Shown here: positions 54,502 to 64,000 of the stretch, piece after piece
How positions within the stretch are numbered: position 1 is the stretch's first letter
Layout of the letters: every line of letters begins with the position of its first letter
Source: the human T2T-CHM13v2.0 reference genome, Homo sapiens
Reading direction: 5' to 3' (one strand)
Length of the DNA stretch: 64,000 bases
NCBI RefSeq assembly: GCF_009914755.1
Contig: NC_060933.1
The notes under the pieces: model-generated
What the model saw: only the letters and a program-made list of their open reading frames with translations
Database searches by the model: none
What the model was told of the DNA's origin: nothing
Program-made: the position numbers and the translations under genes

Positions 54502-56419
54502 CTCTCCCTGAACAGTCTGTTTCATTTGACTGTTTGGGGGTCTCCCAGTTTAAGCAAGATATTTAAGCCTTATTTCTCTTGGCATGCTTGGATTCCCCAG
54601 TAAAAAAAACTCCTGCCCTGGGCTGACAATCAAAGTTCTGGGAACTAATATGGATAAGCAAGCTGGAAATGGAGAAGGCTATTCACTGTGCCTGGGTCCT
54701 ACTGTTTTCTGGATGGGAACTGCTTTCCATTAGGCCTGGTGTGCCCTGGAAGGGAGAGCCTCTGCAGAGACTACATCTTGGATGGGTCTTTGCCAAGTTT
54801 GAGGTAGAAACCCAGCTGCTTTGTAAAGAGCTACTAGTGGATACTTTGAACAAAACAAAAAACAAAGCAACACCACTCCTCCATCATTCTCCGCATCCCC
54901 CCTTCAGAGGGATCCGTGCAACCAGCACCAGTTCCTGCACCCTTTGAAGATCCTGCAGTGTAAATAGAGCTGGTCTGTTCTTTCCCGCCTGTCAGCCTGG
55001 GATTTGTGCATATGCTTTTTCAGTTTCCTCTCGTCCATCTGCTTTTCCAGTTTGATTTCTGCCTCCTGTCTCCCTCTCCCTGAGGTCATTTTGTCCATCT
55101 TCCCACTCCATTAAGCACTCAGCGGCACCCTGTCTATCTGGTGGTGCTGACTCTCTTTATGTTGGAACACTTAGTGACCATATCGTCACCTTAGGGGCAC
55201 CTGATACCTATCTTCTTTTTCCCTTCCTTGACTAGCTTTCCTTCTTATTGACTATATAAAAGATAAGTATTTATTTTCAGTATTCTTAGAATTTAGTATT
55301 TTTGTATTTCTTGGTCTTAAAAGTCACGTACCAAGAACCATTACTTTCAGGTACTGGCTTTCCTCTGTTCCAACTCACGGTGGAATTATTTCATTTCTCA
55401 TTTCTTCTTAGGTTATGCGATCTACTTAAAATTATATAGGGTAGTGTCCTCAAGGAAGTCTCCTCTTCCAGGAAAGGACCAGTGTCCACTGAGGGACCTT
55501 CTTCAGGACATGCCCCAGGTCAGTTGTTGGATTAGGCAGGCCTTGGGCGAGTGAGGCTTAGTATGGTTTGGGACTTGAGTTTTTCTTGCTTTCCCAGAAT
55601 TCATGAGCTTTTGTCATTTAGAATGTTTCTTACTCTTCTGTAGTTGTCCTCACTGGCAAATCCCACCAGATATTCTTCAGTGAGTATGCTTCCTGAGTGA
55701 AATATAAAGGTGAAGGAACATTGGGCAGAGCAGTATTAACTACCCATGGCCACATTTTTGTTAATTATTTTGGTATTTATTCCTTGTGTGGGTGTGTAAT
55801 TTTTGGTAAAGTTGCATTAAAATAGTATAGCATGTGCGCATTTTTACTTCCTTTTAAACTTCTTTTCTTCTTGGAAATCTCTTTGGCTATGAAATCTCAT
55901 TTTCCTTTCACCCTTCTGATTCTTAGCCGAGTTTTACTTAAGAAAACGTTGTATGTCTTGAAATTAGGTTGGTTAATTACAATTCCTTCGAATGATTTGA
56001 CTTCTGTATTCACCCTGATGATAAATAGACAAAATCAAAAGCATTTTTGACAAAGTAATGCTTTCTCACATATTTAGCTTCTTTATAGACACTTACCCAT
56101 CTTGTTAAAACCCAAAACTAGTGATTTTACGTTGTAAAAAGCGTTTTTCAAAGCATGTGGGCCATGTAGGATGTAGACGACAGTGGTAAAGACCTATGCC
56201 TTTTTTGAGGTGAGATCCAAGTGTTTGGTTTTGAACTTTGTATTTTCTATTTGGATTTCGAGGTGACCCTTTCATGTACCCACATTCCATAAAATCCTGT
56301 TTAAGATAATTCTACTTCTCCTGTTTAAAACAAAAAAAACCCCAAGACTCAGTGGTGTCACAATTTGTAACTTAAAATCTGTTTACTTTGGTGAACTTTA
56401 TTGTTACTATTCTAATAAT

Positions 56420-57040
56420 AGCTTTATTGAATATTCACATACCATAATGTTTACCCTTTTAAAGTAAACAATATGTTCACAAAGTTCTACATCAATCTCT
56501 ACTATCTACCTAGAGAACTTTCAAAGGAAACCTTTGTACCTACCAGCATCATTGCCATTCCCCCATGTCCCCAGCCCCTGGCAGACACTCATCTACTTTC
56601 TGTCTATATGGATTTGCTTTTTCTGGACATTTAATATAAACAGAATTATAAATGACTATTTCTTAGCCTAATGTTTTCTAGATTATTTATCTACATTGTA
56701 TGGAACTTGTGTGAGACCTTCATATCTTATTATACCCATATAATATCCCATTTTATGGATATACCATATTTTGTTTATCCATTCTTCAGTTCACGGTCAT
56801 TTGGCTTGCTTCCACTATTTTAGCTATTAGTAATGCCATTATGAACATTTGTATACAAGTTTTTGCGTGAATATATGTTTTCATTTTTCTTGGGTATATA
56901 CCTAATAGTGGAATAGCTAGGTCATATGGTAACTCTAGTTTTAATTTTCTGTGGACCCACCAAACATTCTAAAGCAGCTTCACCAAGCATTTACATTTCT
57001 ACCAGCAATTTATGATGGTTCCAATTTGTCCACTCAATGA
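56420..57040 (-). mobile_element. Old L1M (L1MB-like) 3' fragment
   Basis: ggatataccatattttgtttatccattc...tcttgggtatatacctaatagtggaatagctaggtcatatggtaactcta. Confidence 0.8.
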
Positions 57041-57057
57041 GATAAAAAATACACTAG

Positions 57058-57366
<309 letters not shown>

Positions 57367-57701
57367 GTGTATACACACACACTGTCAGCCTGTCAACACA
57401 GTTTTATCATCATAAATTAATGTAGCTGTCTTTTAAATCAGATGGGAAGAGAGTTACAAAGAAAATTACATTCATACTATAAATTTGTCTATATATATAT
57501 ACCTTTACTGCTGCTTTCTATTTTTTCATGTGGATTTGAGTTGCTGTCTAGAATCTTTTCATTTCTGCCTGAATATCTTCATTTAGTATTTCTTGTAGGG
57601 TAAGGCTGCTAGTGATAATTTTTTTTTTTTAATTTATCTGGGAGTATCCTAGTTTCTCATTGTTTTTGAATGATTTTGCTCATTATAGAATTTTTGGTTA
57701 A

Positions 57702-57997
<296 letters not shown>

Positions 57998-59485
57998 AAC
58001 AAACTTTCTGCGCGTTGAATATGTCACTCACTGCCTTCTGGTCTCCATTGTTGTTTATTTGAAGTTGTTAATCATTTTCAGGATTTGTTGTATAATCACT
58101 TTTCTTTAACATTTTCAAAATCCTTTGTCCTTGTCTTTCAACAGTTTGATTATGAAATGTCTAGGTAAGGATATCTGAGTTTATCCTCTTTGGCGCTCAT
58201 TGAACTTCTTGGATGTGCAAATTAATTTTTGTTTCAATATTAATAGACTATTTTTAGAGCAGTTTTCTGTTTACAGACAAATTACACAGAAAGTACAGAG
58301 AGTTTCCATTTACCCCCTCACTGTTTCTGCTGTTATTAATATCTTACATTAGTGTGGTACATTTTTTACAATTAAGCCAGTATTTATACATTATTATTAA
58401 TTATTGATACATTATTTTTTTCAACTATTTTTCTACCTCCCCAAACTTGTTATATAAATTATTATTAAGGGTTCATTCTTTGTGTTGTACATTCTATTTC
58501 TTTATTGAAATTTTCTCAATTTGGTTAGATACCATACTCGTGCTTTCTTTCAGTTATTTAGTTCTTTGAACATATTTATAAGAGCTGATTTCAAGTATTT
58601 ATTAAATCCAATGCCTGGGCTTCCTTGGGGACATTTTTATTGACTGCTTTTTTTTGTTCCACCCCCCTGTATGTGGACCAGACTTTTGTGTTTCTTTGCA
58701 TGCCTTGTAATTTTTTTTTTGTTGAAACTGGATAGTTTATAATGTGTCAACCATGGAAATCAGATCTCTACCCCTACCCTGAGGAGGGTTTGTTGTTTTT
58801 GTTATTTGTTTAGTGGCTTTCCTGGACCAGTTGTCTAAAGTTTATATTCTTTGTTATTTGAGACCCACTCAAGTTTCTCTCAGTTAGTTAGTGGTCTGCT
58901 AATGATTCCATAGAGATTTCCTTATGTGCCTTGAACCAGTAAGGGGCAGGAATTACTTAAAGGCATACTTTTTGTAGTGTTTTGATATTTTAGTGGTTGA
59001 AATTCTTATGTTTTGTTACCGAAGCTCCCCGTGGTCGCTTTCTGATAGAGGTGTGGAGTGGGGTGGTGATCAAGATTGTTAGAAGAAAATGAGATGAGCA
59101 ACAAATTCAGCTTCAGGATTGTCATTAATTTGCCAGTGAGCATTGGGAATCTTCACAGTGGGGGAAAGGATATGTTGGATTTTCTAATCATACTGGACTG
59201 TTAAACTGTTCCTTGGTATACATTAAGGGAAATGCTGCTAGAGTTTTCTTTCAAAGAACTTAACCTAAATTTCAGGGTGTTTTCAAATCTTTAGCAATCC
59301 ACAAACATAGAATTAGAAAAATAAGTAAGACTAGAGAGAAGGAAATTTTAAAAGAGAAAAGTTAACCACCCATAATTTTGAGAAAAAAAAGCAAATATGT
59401 AGGATTAGTTCACCAACATATTTTCTGAGTGTGTGAATACTATGTGTCCATATATCCCTTGTCACATTGTTTTTTAATTTCACAG

Positions 59486-59631
59486 ATTTCTTTAAAGCCT
59501 CGTGCAGCACATCATTATCGCTGGATGCCCGGACATGTAATACACCTGACAGCATGTGAAGTGCTCAGAATGGGGCAGGATGTCACCTGGAATCAGCACT
59601 AAGTGATTCAGACTTTCCTTACTTTTAAATG
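59486..59631 (+). other. GCNT1: Non-coding 5' UTR exon (146 nt)
   Basis: Acceptor ttgttttttaatttcacag| and donor ATG|GTAAAA. The spliced junction ...ttttaaatg/tgctgctcttc... matches my recollection of the GCNT1 cDNA leader. Confidence 0.85.
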
Positions 59632-60720
59632 GTAAAAAGTCTAAATACTTTTCTTAACATTATTTTATATTAATGATGGTCAGTTATTCATTTTTATTTG
59701 TATTATTACTATTCACAACTCATTTCCTAATGAAATAGTTAAGTTTCTGGCATTAAAAACTAGTGTCAAATCTCTAGAAATCTTGTTATGAACAGATTTA
59801 TAACGGTCAAATTGGTAGTACTTGACTTTCTTTTTTTAGAACAGCAGCGCTTATCAGCTGTAGAACCAATTGCCAAGTTATAAAATTGATTTTTGAAAAC
59901 AAAGCTATTTAATGTTTGTAAGCATTTTATATAGTAAAAGTGGGTTGTGTTCCTGGAATTTGAATATAGATGAAGGTCTGTCATAAATTACAATTTGTGT
60001 ACACTATTGTTTTCTGCAAGATTTAGTTATTACAGTCTGTTATAACTAATGCAGAAAACGCAAGCTGTATCTCTCTTTTGGATTATGAATACTTTGTTTT
60101 CTTGTAGTTTCTGGCATGGAACTAAACTCATTGTGGGACTAACCCAACACAGTCCCAAACGGGGCTTTGTTTCATCTGAGCCTTTTCAATCCAATTTGAA
60201 AATTCTGTTGACTTGCCCTTCCTTCAAAGATTCTTAGAAGTCACAACCATTTCCAAACTTCTCCCTAAGTATGCCCCAAATCCTAAATCAGCAAAAAGCA
60301 GAATGGATCTGATCTCTTTTAGGGCTGCTGACACCAGCTAATGGACATTAAAACATGTCAGGAGGAACTTAAATTACTAACGATTTCAAGACAAGGGGTG
60401 GTAATTCTGGCACAGTGTCAGAAACTCATCAACTATAGACTGTTCAATCATTATTGCCTAGGCGTCCAACTATGGTTTTGCACCTCAACATACCAAAGAG
60501 GTAAAATGCTTGTTGTTAGATATTCTAGTGCATCCATGTACTGGGATTTGGGGTTTGTTTTTTCTTTTGTTTTCTTTTTCAATCTGTGGTATAAATACTA
60601 GAGACTGTGGGCTTCCTGTACTACTACCACTTATCCTCTGATTCAGCCACTTTGTTTTTGTTTTAAACCTAACCTCATAGCAAAGAGGACAGTTTTTTGA
60701 GCCTGAGAAGATTTATTGTG

Positions 60721-60725
<5 letters not shown>

Positions 60726-60751
<26 letters not shown>

Positions 60752-60767
60752 GTATATATATATATAT
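60726..60767 (+). repeat. Compound (CT)13-G-(TA)n microsatellite
   Basis: Read directly; ends about 35 nt upstream of the coding-exon acceptor. Confidence 0.95.
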
Positions 60768-60944
60768 TTATTTATATTTATAATTGCTTCTTTTATTTCA
60801 GTGCTGCTCTTCATTTCAAGATGCCGTTGCAGCTCTGATAAATGCAAACTGACAACCTTCAAGGCCACGACGGAGGGAAAATCATTGGTGCTTGGAGCAT
60901 AGAAGACTGCCCTTCACAAAGGAAATCCCTGATTATTGTTTGAA

Positions 60945-62231
60945 ATGCTGAGGACGTTGCTGCGAAGGAGACTTTTTTCTTATCCCACCAAATACTACTT
61001 TATGGTTCTTGTTTTATCCCTAATCACCTTCTCCGTTTTAAGGATTCATCAAAAGCCTGAATTTGTAAGTGTCAGACACTTGGAGCTTGCTGGGGAGAAT
61101 CCTAGTAGTGATATTAATTGCACCAAAGTTTTACAGGGTGATGTAAATGAAATCCAAAAGGTAAAGCTTGAGATCCTAACAGTGAAATTTAAAAAGCGCC
61201 CTCGGTGGACACCTGACGACTATATAAACATGACCAGTGACTGTTCTTCTTTCATCAAGAGACGCAAATATATTGTAGAACCCCTTAGTAAAGAAGAGGC
61301 GGAGTTTCCAATAGCATATTCTATAGTGGTTCATCACAAGATTGAAATGCTTGACAGGCTGCTGAGGGCCATCTATATGCCTCAGAATTTCTATTGCATT
61401 CATGTGGACACAAAATCCGAGGATTCCTATTTAGCTGCAGTGATGGGCATCGCTTCCTGTTTTAGTAATGTCTTTGTGGCCAGCCGATTGGAGAGTGTGG
61501 TTTATGCATCGTGGAGCCGGGTTCAGGCTGACCTCAACTGCATGAAGGATCTCTATGCAATGAGTGCAAACTGGAAGTACTTGATAAATCTTTGTGGTAT
61601 GGATTTTCCCATTAAAACCAACCTAGAAATTGTCAGGAAGCTCAAGTTGTTAATGGGAGAAAACAACCTGGAAACGGAGAGGATGCCATCCCATAAAGAA
61701 GAAAGGTGGAAGAAGCGGTATGAGGTCGTTAATGGAAAGCTGACAAACACAGGGACTGTCAAAATGCTTCCTCCACTCGAAACACCTCTCTTTTCTGGCA
61801 GTGCCTACTTCGTGGTCAGTAGGGAGTATGTGGGGTATGTACTACAGAATGAAAAAATCCAAAAGTTGATGGAGTGGGCACAAGACACATACAGCCCTGA
61901 TGAGTATCTCTGGGCCACCATCCAAAGGATTCCTGAAGTCCCGGGCTCACTCCCTGCCAGCCATAAGTATGATCTGTCTGACATGCAAGCAGTTGCCAGG
62001 TTTGTCAAGTGGCAGTACTTTGAGGGTGATGTTTCCAAGGGTGCTCCCTACCCGCCCTGCGATGGAGTCCATGTGCGCTCAGTGTGCATTTTCGGAGCTG
62101 GTGACTTGAACTGGATGCTGCGCAAACACCACTTGTTTGCCAATAAGTTTGACGTGGATGTTGACCTCTTTGCCATCCAGTGTTTGGATGAGCATTTGAG
62201 ACACAAAGCTTTGGAGACATTAAAACACTGA
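60945..62231 (+). CDS. GCNT1: Core 2 beta-1,6-N-acetylglucosaminyltransferase 1 (C2GnT-L), 428 aa, single coding exon, type II Golgi GT14 enzyme
   Basis: The ORF track starts at TTG 60936, but the first ATG is 60945 (MLRTLLRRRLFSYPTKYYFMVLVLSLITFSVL...KALETLKH-TGA). Short basic tail, one TM segment, sequons N58 and N95, nine Cys (59,100,151,172,199,217,372,381,413) and SPDE320 (catalytic Glu). Recognised as human GCNT1. Confidence 0.99.
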   Translation: MLRTLLRRRLFSYPTKYYFMVLVLSLITFSVLRIHQKPEFVSVRHLELAGENPSSDINCTKVLQGDVNEIQKVKLEILTVKFKKRPRWTPDDYINMTSDCSSFIKRRKYIVEPLSKEEAEFPIAYSIVVHHKIEMLDRLLRAIYMPQNFYCIHVDTKSEDSYLAAVMGIASCFSNVFVASRLESVVYASWSRVQADLNCMKDLYAMSANWKYLINLCGMDFPIKTNLEIVRKLKLLMGENNLETERMPSHKEERWKKRYEVVNGKLTNTGTVKMLPPLETPLFSGSAYFVVSREYVGYVLQNEKIQKLMEWAQDTYSPDEYLWATIQRIPEVPGSLPASHKYDLSDMQAVARFVKWQYFEGDVSKGAPYPPCDGVHVRSVCIFGAGDLNWMLRKHHLFANKFDVDVDLFAIQCLDEHLRHKALETLKH

Positions 62232-62638
62232 CCATTACGGGCAATTTTATGAACAAGAAGAAGGATACACAAAACGTACCCTTATCTGTTTCCCCTTCCT
62301 TGTCAGCGTCGGGAAGATGGTATGAAGTCCTCTTTGGGGCAGGGACTCTAGTAGATCTTCTTGTCAGAGAAGCTGCATGGTTTCTGCAGAGCACAGTTAG
62401 CTAGAAAGGTGATAGCATTAAATGTTCATCTAGAGTTAATAGTGGGAGGAGTAAAGGTAGCCTTGAGGCCAGAGCAGGTAGCAAGGCATTGTGGAAAGAG
62501 GGGACCAGGGTGGCTGGGGAAGAGGCCGATGCATAAAGTCAGCCTGTTCAAAGTGCTCAGGGACTTAGCAAAATGAGAAGATGTGACCTGTGCCAAAACT
62601 ATTTTGAGAATTTTAAATGTGACCATTTTTCTGGTATG

Positions 62639-62644
62639 AATAAA
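62639..62644 (+). terminator. Candidate proximal polyadenylation signal AATAAA
   Basis: AATAAA about 410 nt after the stop, followed by T/GT-rich sequence. ATTAAA variants at 62417 and 63701. Usage cannot be shown from sequence. Confidence 0.4.
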
Positions 62645-64000
62645 CTTACAGCAACAAATAATCAAAGATACAATTAATCTGATATTATATTTGTTGAAAT
62701 AGAAATTTGATTGTACTATAAATGATTTTTGTAAATAATTTATATTCTGCTCTAATACTGTACTGTGTAGTGTGTCTCCGTATGTCATCTCAGGGAGCTT
62801 AAAATGGGCTTGATTTAACATTGTTTTTGTGTTATTTTTGCTTGAAACAACGCACACATTTTCAACAACCAAAAAATGACAATTTCTAGTTTAGTTAATT
62901 TCTACAAATCATCTTATGTTATTAGCAAGGTTAAGACATCTTTTTTAAAAAAATTATAGCTTCTACCAAGAGAAACACTCAATTTTTCTAGAGATTTGCC
63001 TCTATCTTCCTTTCCTCAGTCTTCCCAGACTGCTATCAAGCTGTGTAAAAATTTACTTTCACTGGACCCTAAATTATTGTCTCTGCTATCTGACTGCCAG
63101 TAATTAGTGCAGAAAACTAAGACAGGATGATACAGGTTTGAGGGGCTGGGGAGTGGGAGGGGGGAGAAAAGGAATGTATTTAAACAATTTCCGATGCCCA
63201 TGATGAGTTTAAAAACCAGCATTGACACCATCCCCAAAATTAAGGCTGTCGCTTATTGAATCCACTTGTGTCCAACCTCCCAGGATTGTTTTATCCTAAT
63301 GTCACCTGTATATTCATTTGAAAGGACTTGGCCCTGTTCTTGGGTCTTCCCGTTACCTGCCCCCTGGGTGGTAAGTTTCCTCCTTTCTCAACCTTCCACG
63401 AGGAGGAAAGAAGTGTGCAGTCATTCCACATGGCCTGTTGGAAGGCCTGGGGAGGGAACTTTGGGTTTGGGACAGATTTTTTTTTTTGTTTTTGGTATCA
63501 TTCACAGCATACGATTTTTACTCTCTCCATCTTCACCATAAGACAGATAATTTGGGGTTGCTATAATGCTGTCACACATCTCAAAGTACATTCAAATCTT
63601 AAAAAGAAATTCTCGTACTTTTGCCATGTTGATACTGTTCAGCAAACAAGCTACCAGGAACTGTGAGGCTTTGTCATTTAGCATTAGACTTTAAACAAGA
63701 ATTAAAATCATGTGCTGTATTTTTAAAATCTAGCCAAATTAAATAGTACATGAGAAATTCAGAGTATTAGACAGTTTTAAGGCATTCAACTGAGAAAACT
63801 TTATTTGTCAAAGTCAGAAAACATTTTCATCTTATTGAGAGATATGTTTTTAAACTTTTATCATCATTTGTAAATGTGGAAGTTGGTGGATTGCTGTGTT
63901 TTTGCATGATTAGCATGGGAGTCTGTTGGAGCAAGAGGAACATGCTTGTTTTGAAAACTCGAGATGATGAGGGTGGTACATGCAGTGTGTTCTCTCTTTA

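Larger units (their letters stand above)
60802..64000 (+). other. GCNT1: Terminal exon: 143-nt leader, CDS and 3' UTR (probably continues beyond the window)
   Basis: Acceptor tgcttcttttatttcag| (AG 60800-60801), then an uninterrupted CDS and repeat-free AT-rich sequence. Confidence 0.88.

Noticed and set aside
60936-60944. 431-aa version of GCNT1 starting MFE-
   Set aside because: The start is TTG, an artefact of allowing alternative start codons; the first ATG is 60945.
61176-62872. Antisense and alternate-frame ORFs over the GCNT1 CDS and UTR
   Set aside because: Short shadow ORFs with no recognisable domains or supporting signals.

Overview
Primate (almost certainly human) genomic DNA, not prokaryotic. 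The window covers nearly all of GCNT1 (core 2 beta-1,6-N-acetylglucosaminyltransferase 1, C2GnT-L, CAZy GT14) on the + strand. It has a CpG-island promoter at ~17.5-18.8 kb and predicted non-coding exons at ~17760-17872, 18627-18744 and 59486-59631. One terminal exon from 60802 holds the whole 428-aa CDS (60945-62231) and a 3' UTR that probably runs past the window end. The rest is repeat-dense: about 50 Alus, a 5'-truncated L1PA, old L1M/L2/MIR pieces, hAT MITEs, MaLR LTRs, solo LTRs of HML-3 (MER9), HERV-W (LTR17) and ERV9 (LTR12), and an internally deleted antisense HERV9 provirus (47857-54279). Almost all other ORFs in the track are Alu, L1 or ERV translation artefacts. I see no convincing new multi-gene system. 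The best leads are: (i) a sense LTR12 with six CCAAT boxes and a newly made GTGAGT donor, facing an antisense ERV9 5' LTR; (ii) a dense uORF stack, including a 33-codon uORF that stops 1 nt before the GCNT1 ATG; (iii) three locally templated insertion scars at Alu heads. Repeat subfamily names come from recalled consensus sequences, and repeat boundaries are approximate unless a TSD is quoted.
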